DNA of 64,000 nt from Oikopleura dioica. Lineage: Eukaryota; Animalia; Chordata. Shown in pieces: positions 39,301 to 51,677 of the stretch. A program made the translations under genes and the position numbers. The DNA lies in the NCBI GenBank assembly GCA_907165135.1, contig OU015566.1, positions 12,152,001-12,216,000 of the forward strand, read 5' to 3'. The notes beneath the pieces were generated by a model. The model searched no databases, was not told the DNA's origin, and worked only from the letters and a program-made list of their open reading frames with translations. Within the stretch, counting starts at the first letter, position 1. The number at the start of each line of letters is the position of its first letter.

Positions 39301-42300
39301 ATGATCTCGCCGATTGGTTCCGAAAGAATTGAACCATCTCAGGTCGGTTCGGTTTTTACCTTTTCATTTCCTCTGGAAGTTCGCCAGGAAAGCGCGAACG
39401 GGAGTAACGTGGGGAGATTTATCGCTCTGACATTATCCGCTTTAGGCCTGGGAAAGCTTTAGTCCTGAAGAACGGAATCAACTCAATGGACTCGTTTCAC
39501 TCTACGGACCGCAGGAGGGCCAGCGACGGTTCTACGCCGGTCGAGGGCCCAGTTCTAATTTAGGAAAAGGGATGAAAATTTCAGTGTTTCATTACTGACA
39601 AAAACGATTTTGCAACCAAAAAGCTTTACAAAAACGTTTGCTTTAGCATTATATATTATGATACATGATATAATAGAAAGTTGAAAAAATTCAAAAAGAG
39701 AAAATTTCTTCATCCCTTTCTACAGGCCCAAATGATGGTTCACCCGGCCAAAAAGCGGCAACAAATTTTAATCGTTCTGCCTCAATGGGCTCCCAAGGCT
39801 CGTCGGGAAGCCTGAATAGGAACGCGTTTTCGGACCGGAAGGGTGTTTGTACTCACCCACCGCTTGACTCAGATTTTTTTTCTCAAAGCTAATAATTTTT
39901 CGAAGCCAGCGCTCCGGAGTTTATTCTTTTGACTTTTTGTGACTTTTTGACTTTCCGCGGGGAGTTGAAGAATCGCTCAAAAGTGAAATGGGTCGAGAAA
40001 CGCAGAGCAGCGCTCATATCGACCAAATTAGAGCTGAACCACCGCCGCTTCCTGAACCAGTTCCAGTGGTCAAAGAAGAACTTCTTTCGGACGCCAAGAG
40101 CGATTTTAACCCAGCTGATTTTCAACCAGCTGCCGATTACGAACCTGCCAAATCAAGGCATAACCACGTAGGTCCATTAAATAAATTCATTATTTTTAAG
40201 CAATAATGGATAATTGTTTAATTTTGAACATGAAAATTGAAAAAAAAACGAATTATGTATCTTTCTTTCTCGATTTCAAATTGAAAAACCTGTTACGTAA
40301 CACGTTGGAAAAAAGTGAAATCTCGAAAAGCAATTTTCAAATCGCGAAATCTAAATTTCAATTGGGCCTTTTTTCCGTTTTTCTCCGTTCTTGTTCGTTG
40401 AATTTCTTTCGTTCAAATGATTGTGCAGTGAATTACTGTAATAGAAAGAAAAATACGATGGGCGCAATTATTCAAGAAGGACCGGCTACTTCTCCGGAGT
40501 GGAAATTCCGGGTATTTATTTTCAGAAATTTTCTAAAATTAACCCGGGGTTCATTTTTTCTCGGATTAGCGCGGCCTTCAGGGTTGTGGCCTCATGTGCC
40601 TTTTTTGGGCACGCCGTTTCTCAACTCGCCTCCTGCGGCAAGCAGTTATATAACCACTCTTTGAAAGTATCAGTTGCGAGCTCTCCAGTCTAATTTTTGA
40701 GTGGCTCAAGCGATGTTTTAGTCTTTTTATGAACTGAAAAGGGTTACCTTGGGGAATTCTCTTCAATTCACAGAGAAAATAAAGTTACGAAAATGATCAA
40801 CTTTGAATTAGATGACTCAGGCCTGACCTTTCTTGACAGTCTTGATAAGTACGAGCCTGACAAGGTAAAGCCCCGTGTTTTGTCGGATAATAACATTGAA
40901 GACCCAAGCTACGCTCTTTCTTTGAGACTCTTAGTTCGAGTACTAAATGTCATCGTCTTTCTCCCTATTCAAATTCTCTTTCATATCAAAAATACAATCT
41001 AAAGTCTTACATTTCTTTCAGTACAATGACGTCTTCACCCCAACCAGTCCGTCCTCTCAACGATCCTCGCAAAGCCGAACTGCCAGCTCCAGCGGCTATT
41101 ATAGCAACACACCTCAATTCAACGAACCCCGCGGCCCCACCAGTACATGGGCACAGGTCTCAACGACCTTGAAAAACTTCTTTTTATCCCTTTTTTTAAG
41201 GAGGCTAACACGCTGCATGTGAACTTCGCTTCAATTAGACTCGACATTGATCAACAAAACCGCCCTGACTTTTTCCGCAACGATTCTACTCCTGCGCACA
41301 ATCACCATAAGTAAGTTCCTTTTTCATCGGTTCGATGTTAGTCTATTCTAGCGGTCGTCCTCAATTACAGCGTCACTCTAGCTATCCTGGCCCAGCCGAT
41401 TACTTTTCCCCTCCGCCGCCGCAGCGTCATTTCCACCACTCAGTCTCGCACCACCCGCACCATCACAACAACCACCACCACAACAATTCTCAACGACGCT
41501 ACAGCTCCAACCAGCGCGGGTTCTACGGCTTCCCCAACGAGCACTACCGCTATTCCGACAACCAATCGTACCCGAACCAGAACAGCAAGTACGAATGGCA
41601 AAACGGAGGATTGATGACACACTCCTCGACCCACATCCTTTCCGAATCGGAGCAAATCCTCAAGAACGCTGCTCAATTCATCGACAAAACCGACGATAAA
41701 ACGAAGCTGAAAATCGATCTCTGTCGGTATCTCGAGACCGTTCCCCTCAACGCGATGAATCTTTGTGACGCGGTCGACCTCATCTGCAACATCCAGGAAG
41801 CATTCGATAGAACTCTCAACTCTGAAATCTGCACCGAGCTCTGCCACGAGAAATCTATCATCACGCTAGTTGGCTACCTTCACGAGAACCGGGGCCAAAT
41901 GTTCAACGATCAGCTGTTGAAAACAGCAAGAGCTCTTCTCCGACTCACTTGGTCGCTGACATACACCACGATTTCTGACTTATTGGACACTTTGAGGTAT
42001 TCTTTCCGCTTCTGCCACCCTAACTCTCTTTAGACCAACGAACCAACGATTCTCCATCGACGAGCTGGTGCTTTTCTGCCAATGCCAGCATAACTACCAT
42101 CTTCTGAAAAACCTGAACCCAAATACTCTCAGATGCATGGGCGAAACTGCGAGAGAATTGCTCCCAGCTCTCCCCGTCAATGAATATCAAGGTTTATTTC
42201 TTTCTAAAATCTTCAATTTTCATTAATTTTTAGACCTCAACGATCCCCTTTACACAGCAACCGTGGTCTTTAAATGCTTCGGAAAAGATTTTTCCCCCTT

Positions 42301-43918
42301 CCAAGTCAATGCTGTGGCGAATATCTTCAAAGAACTCGCGTCCTACAACATGATTTGCCTCGAAAACTTGCACAAAGACGGTAGAAGTACTGTAATTCAT
42401 CTACTTGACGCGTGCTTCCGGGCGAATGTCTTGAAAGACTCTTACAGTCAGGATCAATTTGAGGTATTTGCATTGGTTGAATTCAAATAGAAATGGTCTT
42501 TCTTCAGGAAATTTATGACCACTGCTGTGCTGAAATCGCCAGAGCTGATGATGGATCTGTAAGCATCAATATGACGGTCCAGGATATATCTGGTAAGAAT
42601 AATGACCTCTTTCTTTGTCTTACCTTTTTGTAGCGGTTCTCCGAGCTCTTCAAGATTTCACCTCGCAGAAACAGGTCTATTTCAAGACATTGAATCACGT
42701 GGCGAATGCGATGCTCAAACGAATGCAACTTGGCGAAGCAAACGCAAAAGATTTCGTCAAAAATATGAGAAATCTCACGGCGAAGTGTTTCTTCAAGGAA
42801 GAATTGTTGGAGAACTTCTGCATTTTGATCGAGCGCGATTTGGACGAATCGTGCCATTGCCAGCGACAAAACTGCGTAAAATCATGCCGCTCGTTGAACT
42901 TCTGGTCGATTGCTGACGCCCTGGACATCATTTCCACTCCTAACTATGTATACAAGAAGGACATGGTAATGGTTCAGCTCGTATAACCAGTTCTACTTCC
43001 GTTTTAGGATGCGCACATTGCCTTTTTGTCAAAAATGGCTACGCGGATGTGTTCTGACGTCGTCTGGGATAGTTTGATGAAGTCATTTTACGACAACAAG
43101 ATTCAGAAGCTTTTCTTCACCCTTGTCGGTTTCCAGACGTACGGCTACTATCCGATGCAGCTGATCAAGTAAGCCGATTCCTATCGATTCTCATTACGCA
43201 ATGGTTAAGCTGCGAGCACTTCTACAAATATATCTACGATTTGTATCAGACGAATCAACTCCAGCAAATCCAGCGATTTCAGAAGTGGTATGACATCAAG
43301 GAGAAGGATTACAACTTGAGGAGCTATCATCCAGCCAGGTAATCCGCAAATCATAGTCGAGCATCTTTCGATTGTTGATTCTAGTGGGGATAGAAGAGAA
43401 ACAATCTTTGACGATTTCTTCATTCGAACTGGCGAGAATCTGACCCCTCCAGAACCGATCCACAATCTTCAACAGATGGAACGCAAAGTCCTCAAGGCCC
43501 TGAGCGAAATCGACGGTATAGAAATAACTCAACGCCACGGGTAACGCTTCAATTATCAATTCTTCTTGCTCATGTGTTCGTAGAATCAACCGGAAATACT
43601 CTCATTTCTTGGTCAACGGGGATACAGCTGTGCTGCCCATTTCCAGAAAGCGTCTTCTGAGAAATAGAGAAGGAACGATTGAGGATCTCGCTAGGGTGAA
43701 CGGTAAATATCCTTATTTCTACCTCGAAACTAACAGAACTTTCAGGACGATTCGGAACTTACAAGCGTCTGTTAGAAGCCCAGTACCCAGGCCCAAAGAT
43801 GGTGATCATTCCCCACTTCGAATTTGAGCCGCTTGGTTCTGGCTCCGACCAGCCCAGCGTCGCTCAAATCTCTTACATAAAGAATAAGCTTGCCCCTGCT
43901 ATCCCAGCTCTTCAGTAG
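39301..43918 (+). CDS. FASTK-family-like helical protein with C-terminal RAP domain and long low-complexity N-terminus
   Basis: Last exon LSGRFGTYKRLLEAQYPGPKMVIIPHFEF..ISYIKNKL fits the RAP pattern; His/Asn/Ser/Gln-rich exon at 41350-41610; 5' exons tentative. Confidence 0.65.
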
Positions 43919-44222
43919 AGCATCTTCCCTTTAGGATAAGGGATTACCCCGTCACATATCACTTTTACATATCATTCACTCGATCACATGCTAAAGTATG
44001 ACTTCCACTTCAAAAAAGACTCACCCCAAGTTGGGGTCCCCAACAAAGTAAAAATTCATAAGCACATGCACCTTGATAATTACTACTCTAGAAAGTTCAA
44101 CTTTACATGCCCGAGTTTTTTTACCAAAGAAAACATCACCTCTAGGAATTGAGTCCAACTCAGCCGAACTCTAGGATCTTGCTCTTTTACTATACTTTTA
44201 CATATTTTTTATTCTACCTTAT

Positions 44223-44672
44223 TTACTCAATGCTTAAATATTTTTTGTGCTCTGGAACCAGTCCCAAATTGTCTGGGACGCGTTCCATTAACGAGCTGAA
44301 TTTCCATCCTGAATACTTTTGTCTGACGTAAACTCTTTTGTCCTTATATCTTCTCAAAGCCTTTCCTAACTTATTTTTGAACTGAAAATCATTGTTGATA
44401 TTATCCCACCTACACAATGTGACCTCGAATGTAGGCGGCGTGACCTGCACCACACACGCATAACCGATACCAACGATACACTTACCCAACCTGTCCACTA
44501 CGGTTAAAAATGTTTGAATACCCCCGGATGAACCCCTAGAAGTATTGCCACCTATTTTTTAATCGCGACATACGCCCTTCTCTCCTTAAAAATTTACGAA
44601 GTCAGCATCTGCCTGTCTCAAATTTGATGAGCTTTCACATGGTGCCAAAACATTAAGGGCCTCTTCAGGATT
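44223..44672 (-). pseudogene. Intronless ORF relic with two in-frame TAA, origin unknown
   Basis: About 150 codons with only TAA at 44586-44588 and 44559-44561. Confidence 0.3.
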
Positions 44673-45430
44673 TTAAGGAGCTAATGTCCAACAAAGAAAA
44701 GCGTGCACTTCTTGGGATGAATTTCATCCTTATCCGAACCGAACCTGTCCTAAACTAGAACTGGTCAACATATGTCACTTGTGTCCGCATCATACAGAAA
44801 CTTAATTGAATTGAATGAAGCTCCACAGCTAAAAAAACAAATTTTTGAAAAGTAGACTTATAAATTAACAAGCCCGAACTACCTTGGTTTAGATAGACCA
44901 ACTGCGTATTCAAGCTGTTAATTTTAAGCACTAATTCTATTTCTACGGTCATTTATGTTTCCGAACTTTATGCTATTTTATCTATCCACCTTTAGGCCAC
45001 CTTCCTTCCCGATTGACCGAGTCAACCCATTTTTTCGGACCCAATTTCCCCAGAAACAACTTAATTAAGGATACATTATTATTGTGATTTACTTTTTTGC
45101 TATTGTTTCCCATACCAAAAAATCTTATTTTGACGCAGACACGGCTAACAAACGATTTTTGCTATGAAAGTCAATACTCGAACTATTATTATTTTGTGAA
45201 AAGAAAGATATTTTAAGAAAAGCTGACAGAAAACAGAACTGTTTCTACAATAAAGAAAATCTTTCAAATAAAACCGATTCTTTTGAAGTCTAGATTATTT
45301 GCATTCTTTGCAGGTTTTTATGCAGGGAAGATGGAATATCAATATTGCAGAATCATCAATTAAATCAAGAATATAGCACAAAGATAGTATTAGAATTTTA
45401 ATACATTCTGAGCACTGTACTGTCACGATG

Positions 45431-45493
45431 TTGGCGCTAAAGGCATCTTGTCTCTTGCGCCAGAAAATATAATATTTCCGAAGCATATATAAA
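45431..45493 (+). promoter_or_regulatory. Inverted repeat TGGCGC-N19-GCGCCA plus TATA upstream of secreted peptide B
   Basis: TTGGCGC 45431-45437, GCGCCAG 45457-45463, TATATAAA 45486. Confidence 0.65.
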
Positions 45494-45525
45494 CGAGTTC
45501 CATTCCACCTTTCCTCATAACAAAA

Positions 45526-45729
45526 ATGAAGGTTCTAACAATCTGTTCCATCCTCTTCTCACTCGCACTTGGCGACTTGCTTTATCAAAACAGACTTTCA
45601 AATCGTCTCAACTTCCGGTCGAGAAGCTACAGAAACGGGTTGACAAGTGAGCAGTTTTACTGGCTTCAACTTCTCAGACAAAATCCAAACTTTAAAAAAC
45701 AGCTTCTTCAAATGGCAGGCAGACGATAA
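45526..45729 (+). CDS. Small intronless secreted peptide B, 67 aa, ending GRR
   Basis: MKVLTICSILFSLALG|DLLYQNRL, paralog of 37055-37270. Confidence 0.85.
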   Translation: MKVLTICSILFSLALGDLLYQNRLSNRLNFRSRSYRNGLTSEQFYWLQLLRQNPNFKKQLLQMAGRR

Positions 45730-45867
45730 CTTTTTTTATACTCTCATACTGTCAAAATCGATCTTCCAATAAATACATTTGTGAAAATTCATCTTGTTAA
45801 CTACGTGCAATAGTTCTTATGAGCATTTTATTTGTCAAATAACTCGGCTCTGAACTCACTCTTTGAA

Positions 45868-47179
45868 GGGAATGACGACTAGGTTCGTGAGGACTAGGTT
45901 CGTGTGACTAGGTTCGTGGTGGGTTCTGCCAGAGTATTGAAATGGGCCTATATTTTGGGGCAGTAAGGGAAACGGGTTGATGACTAGGTTCGTGTGACTA
46001 GGTTCGTGAAATTTTAAATATAAAAAATCTTTGAGGCAGTAATGGAAATGGCTTGATGACAAGGTTCGTGTGACTAGGTTCGTGAAATTCTATGTAGAAA
46101 AAATTTTGGGGCAGTAAGGGAAATGGGTTGATGACTAGGTTCGTGTGACTAGGTTCGTGAAATTTTAAATAGAAAAATTTTTGGGGCAGTAAGGAAAATG
46201 GCTTGATGACTAGGTTCGTGTGACTAGGTTCGTGAAATTTTATATAGAAAAAATTTTGGGGCAGTAAAGGAAATGGCTTGATGACAAGGTTCGCGTGACT
46301 AGGTTCGTGAAATTTAAAATAGAGAAAATGTGCGACTATATTTGCCAAATGAGTATCCCACCCCCCACCCCCCCCGTATGAGCCGCTAGGCTTTACACGC
46401 AGCATAACATTCTAAAAGTAAATAAAATTAAGTTCTATTTCTTTCTAAACATCATTCATTTGCACGCATGGTTGCTAAATATGAAACAATCTTCATTCAA
46501 TAAATTCGAATAAAGTAAGAATCATTCGTCCCTCTCGTTGTTCCTTAAACAAATGAGTTTCTGTAATAATTAAAATTTGTACTCTTTTAAAATCCAAATT
46601 TCACGAACCTAGTCACACGAACCTAGTCATCACGAACCTAGTCTTCACGAACCTAGTCTTACGAACCTAGTCATCACGAACCTAGTCATCAACCCGTTTC
46701 CCTTACTGCCCCAAAATTTTATATTTAAAATTTCACGAACCTAGTCACACGAACCTAGTCATCAACCCATTTCCCTTACTGCCCGAAAATGCTGAAAATA
46801 CAAAAAATACATATAAAAATCCAAATTCCACGAACCTAGTCACACGAACCTAGTCATCACGAACCTAGTCTTCAAGAACCTAGTCACACGAACCTAGTCT
46901 CCACGAACCTAGTCTTCACGAACCTAGTCACACGAACCTAGTCATCAATTCGTTTCCCTTACTGCCCCAAAATTTTTTCTATTTAAAATTTCACGAACCT
47001 AGTCACACGAACCTAGTCATCAACCCATTTCCCTTACTGCCCGAAAATGCTGAAAATACAAAAAATACATATAAAAATCCAAATTTCACGAACCTAGTCA
47101 CACGAACCATTTTTTCCAACATGGCACCCACGAACCTAGTCACACGAACCTAGTCCTCACGAACCTAGTCATCGGTCTC
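45868..47179. mobile_element. Foldback / Mutator-like non-autonomous element, 1312 bp, with modular tandem-repeat arms
   Basis: 9-bp TSD CTCTTTGAA (45859-45867, 47180-47188); ends GGGAATGACGACTAGG vs reverse complement GAGACCGATGACTAGG; GACTAGGTTCGT repeats on the left arm, ACGAACCTAGTC on the right. Confidence 0.9.
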
Positions 47180-47197
47180 CTCTTTGAAGCGCCTCCC

Positions 47198-50100
47198 ATG
47201 AGTTTCCTAAAGACCTTGTTCCGGCGGATGATCTTTTCTGATCTTTGCTCGTGATGAAGTCGCCTGAGCTCAGCAGGTGGTGATCCGGCCGGTGTACATA
47301 AACGAGTCCCCTGCTCGAGCGCGGAAATTGCAGCCCGATCGTCGCGTGCGCTCGTAATTCAACCCATTAACTCTGCTAATTAACAACCTTGCTGCAGGAA
47401 TACTATCCGAATTTTGTAATTTTCATTTTTATTGCCTCGATCATCGTGGAACAGAGTAATCAAACATCTTTTCTTGCTGCACGAGCTGCTGAAAAACCTT
47501 TTTTTCCGATTCTGGAGAACCAGAGATGGACGAATGCTTGGCTCAGATAGAGAATTATACAGGTAGATGAGAGAATGTTCGATAATGAGACTTTGTAATT
47601 AAATATTAAATTATTAAAGAACCCATCAAAAGTTTTGACAAACCGATTTTACCTTGAGTAACTACTGTTGATGGACCAGGGTAGCAAATCTATCCTCTAC
47701 TCAGGAAACTTTGACATGTAACATGTGACATGTTGTCCCAACATTCATGAGAAGATTTTTCATACTATATCAGCGTCTTTAGAAAGTAAGTGGAAAGTCA
47801 AATCTTCCTTTTGAGCATGTATCTACGTGTTCAATACATGTTTAAATCCTATCCTGATTTTTCTCGCCAATTTTTTATTTTGCATCTTTTCCGAAACAGT
47901 AATTAAAACACAGCTTTAGACATATCGAACGCTTCCTGTAGCGCGTATCAAGATTTTTCCCTGGATTGTTGGTGCCAAGCCAGTCAAGCAATCGACAGTT
48001 GTAGTCCCGATGGTGGCTTTATCGACTACCTTGGTGGTGCTTTGTGTACTCTTATGTGCCGCTCTTCAGATTTGTATTGGATCTATGTGGTGTATATCCT
48101 CTGGCTGTTATGGTGGTGTCTCAGCCTGGCCTTTACAGCCGACACATTTTTCGTGCCCGTCGTGCAGTGGATTGCTGCCATTTTGGGAATGAATGAAACG
48201 CTAGGTATGTTATGGAAATCATAGAGGAAATTCTTTACCATCCCCGCTCTCAGTTTCAGAAAATTTAATACTCTCAAGATGGTATCGCATCTTGCGAAGT
48301 CAGAGGAATAATAAATTTACCTCCATAAATCCGGATCAATGTGGCGTCGGAATTATCATTTCCAGAAGGATTATTTTATTTTCAGTGACGTTAACAAAAA
48401 TCATCTTTTTCGGATATCTTCAGAGGATAAAATTTCATCTGAACTTTGAAGAAAAATCCGACCCAGATTTTAAAATTCATGTTCAGCGGGGGTGACAATT
48501 GTCGCTCTTGGAAACGCTGGGCCGGACATCGCCGGCGGTTTCGCCGCATTTGGCCAAATCGATGCAGAAACAAGCCGTATCGTGTTCAACTCGCTGCTTA
48601 GGTATGCATTTTCAGAGATTTTACGCTCTGATCCGTTTCTACATGAAATCGACGGCGGGCGATTTAACGGTCGATTTTGACTTTCTTTTTCTAGTGGTGG
48701 ATTTTTCGTGATTTCCTTGTTGCCTGCGATCATTTGCCTTTGGACGCCGATGATTCCTGCTAGAAGGCCGTTTTTGAGGGACAACTTGTTTTACGTCTTG
48801 TCTTGCAGTGTCTTCTTTGTCTTCTCGTATACGGATGGGAGAATACAGGTAACAGACAAGAGCATTTGCTAGTCATTTGACTTGCCATTTGTTCAGTCGT
48901 TGTCTGCGGCGCTAAACTTGAGTCTCTTTAGTGGTACGAATCGTTGATTCTTCTTCTCATCTACTGCGCGTATGTCGCCACAGTTGTCGGAGGAAACTGG
49001 TATTACCGCAAAAAGTACCCTCACAAATACATTCGTGGACCAGACGGCATGTTTATTCGGGAAAAGAGCTATTTTCTCAAAGATATTCTTGCCGAAGAAA
49101 AAGCCGCCGGACAATCCAACGATGCTTTCCAGCCAACGGATGATATTGATCACAAGTAAGAATTTTTTTCGTTATGATAATTTTGGAACGATGATTACAT
49201 TTTACATCATTGATGTAACAAATATCGCGGAAACAGAAATGTTTTATTGATAACTGAATCACCTGAAATCACCATTTTTATTTAGAGATTTTTCCTGTCA
49301 AGCATTCGACACCTTAGATATTCCACACAGTCAAGATGGCCCACAGGAGACAAGTTTCCATACCATTGACACCAAATCTGTCAAATCTGCAAAATCAACA
49401 GTCCGCATCCGCCTCAACGGAACTATGGAGCAGCCTGAGCATTTGGTAAGATTATCGTAATTTTCGATCCTTTTTCATACCGATTTTAGACAAGGTCCGG
49501 GACAATCAGAAGTCGTATCTCCATTCCAGCGATTTCGAAGCACCGGATGAGGTCGCTTACCTCCGCCTCGATGTAAATTTCTAATTTCTTATTCTAGTGA
49601 TGCTAAAATTTTAATTCACAGGTATTCGGACTGTCAAGCTGTCGCTGAAAAGATGTCCGTTCCGGTCAAAAATTGGAAAGATGAAATCAAGTAAAGCAGA
49701 TTTTAGAGACTAAAGTTGATTTGCTTTCAGGAACTGCTTCAAATTGATTGAAAAGGACGACGATTGGGAGAGTCAAACATGGATCAGCAAGACCATTGCA
49801 ATCCTTATGGTTCCATTTTATCTCGGTAAACAAGATGCAAATTAATTTCGGCGTATTTGAACTCGTACTTAGGTGGACGTTGGACGATCCCGCAATTGCC
49901 AATTAACAATGATAAACGACAAGCTGTATGGAACAAGCCTCTCGCCATGATTCAGGCATTTTTAGTGCCGATTGTGGTAAGTGGGTTAAACTGGACGTGT
50001 CTCTTAATTTTTAGTTTTGCGTGTTTCTGTATCAATATCGAATGCCAGCTTTTGGTCCTCTTCCTCGGATCGCCTTGTCCGTCATTATTGGTTTTGCTCT

Positions 50101-51169
50101 GTCTCTTTTCGTTGGCGTTACTACAGGTTTTGAGAATTTCAATTTTCGCATCCTTTTCTTACCATTATTTTCAGACCTCCAAAAGCCACCAAAGTACTGG
50201 TCCGTTTTCCCTTTTGTCGGCTTCGGCACTGGCATGCTTTGGATCTACATCGAGGCTAATGAGATTCTCAACATTCTCACCGCTTTAGGTAATGAAATTC
50301 AACTGAATTTTTACCTGCAACTTGCATCAGTTAGACGCTTAAATTCACGCTAGTTGAATAATTTGTGGTTCTTTGATTTGATGACCTGTCGCATGGGTCT
50401 CCGCCTGCGGTGTTCGTAAACCAGTTCTTATTTTTTATTAGGAGAATCTTTTTGAGAATAAATGTCAGGCTGATTTAATTATACGAGGGCTGCGATTTAT
50501 CATCTTCATTTTTTGGATCAAACAGCCTCAATCAATAAATTCATACTCAAATGCGCTCTGTCCTTTTTTATGGCAGTTTATCCTTTTCATATTTTCCTTT
50601 CTTAAAATTCTCTTTAGGCACGTTCTGGAATGTGTCTAACGCCGTCATGGGTCTCACCTTCCTCGGCTGGGCGAACAACGTTGGAGACTTTGTTGCCGAT
50701 CTTACGATTGCTAAGGAAGGTCAATCTAGATGTGCATTTTCTGCCGCTTTTGCGGGACCTCCCCTCTACCTTCTCGCTTCCGTCGGACTCGCCTGCTTCG
50801 TAACTTCGGCTGCTAATGGCTTCGTGGATATTCCAATCAATATTCAAAATGTGGAGATTGTTCTTTACATCAGGTAATACTGAATTTTAGCGATAAAATC
50901 GACAATTAATTCTGAACGTCAGCACTTAATTTTCAGCGACTTCAGTACTTGCAAATTTTAATCCGTTTTCACGAAACAAAGAGTTCACGTCAATTTATTT
51001 TTCTAGCGTTATTGTCTGCGCCCTGGCCTCGCTACTTCCGCTTGTATTCAGAAGATTCCACGCAGACCGCTTCGTGGCTATTTGCCTTATTGTCTCATAT
51101 CTAGTCGCATTTGTGATATCGCTCCTAACAGGCTTGGAAATCTTGTGGCCTCCAACTGCGGAGGTTTAA
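47198..51169 (+). CDS. SLC8B1: Na+(Li+)/Ca2+ exchanger NCLX-like; 5' exons tentative
   Basis: Alpha-1 AGVTIVALGNAGPD, RRPFLRDNLFY, WNKPL, alpha-2 GLTFLGWANNVGDFVADL, AFAGPPLYL; stop 51167-51169. Confidence 0.88.
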
Positions 51170-51410
51170 ATTCAAATCTGCCATTTCTGTGCTCTGTCAC
51201 TGTTTGAAAATTGTTAACAAGTGTGTAGAATAAATTCAATTCAAAAGTACTTGACTTTATTTTTTATGAAGTGAAAATTTCATTGGCAAGAATATCTTCT
51301 CCAAAAAGATTTGTCTGGAGTGTCGCCTTCCGGAGAAGGCAGGGATGAATTCCGTGATTTTTGAATGACTGTACGTTTCGCCTAAAGTTTGATTACTACA
51401 GTCGACTGCC

Positions 51411-51677
51411 CTAAATCAGGTCTAACCTTCGATGAGCTCGTTCTCTTGACTCAACCCTGGATTGGTAGTAAGACATCAGTCGCGCTCGATGTCTTCTTGT
51501 CGAGTTGATTCCTTTGGCAAAAGCACTGCTTGGTCGATAGAGACTAATGTCTCCTCGGAAATCCATTAGCTCGTTGATTTCGCTGTAGCCATATGCCAGA
51601 ACGAGTATCCAAGTGAAGAGAATAATCGCAATTAGGGCTGTGTCGATTGAAGTTAAATCTTGAGTGTCTTTCATCAA
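51411..51677 (-). CDS. Small protein with one hydrophobic segment and Arg-rich tail; an upstream exon near 51770-51940 is possible
   Basis: ALIAIILFTWILVLAYGY hydrophobic stretch, 88-codon ORF. Confidence 0.45.
   Translation of the reverse strand: MMKDTQDLTSIDTALIAIILFTWILVLAYGYSEINELMDFRGDISLYRPSSAFAKGINSTRRHRARLMSYYQSRVESRERAHRRLDLI

Noticed and set aside
39531-39725. GA-AG intron in the RAP-domain gene
   Set aside because: A canonical phase-1 GT donor (GCC G|GT) is available
45998-46405. 135-aa ORF with repeated FHEPSHTNLVI
   Set aside because: Translation of the foldback element's tandem repeats
47180-47360. Minus-strand 65-codon ORF that reads through the empty foldback site
   Set aside because: No start codon or convincing acceptor; the region is better explained as NCLX 5' exons
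47495-47510. Apparent frameshift at a T7 run in NCLX
   Set aside because: A canonical GT-AG intron (47456-47518) restores the frame
47712-47735. Triple ACATGT resembling a p53 element
   Set aside because: 7-nt spacing rather than 10 and poor fit to RRRCWWGYYY
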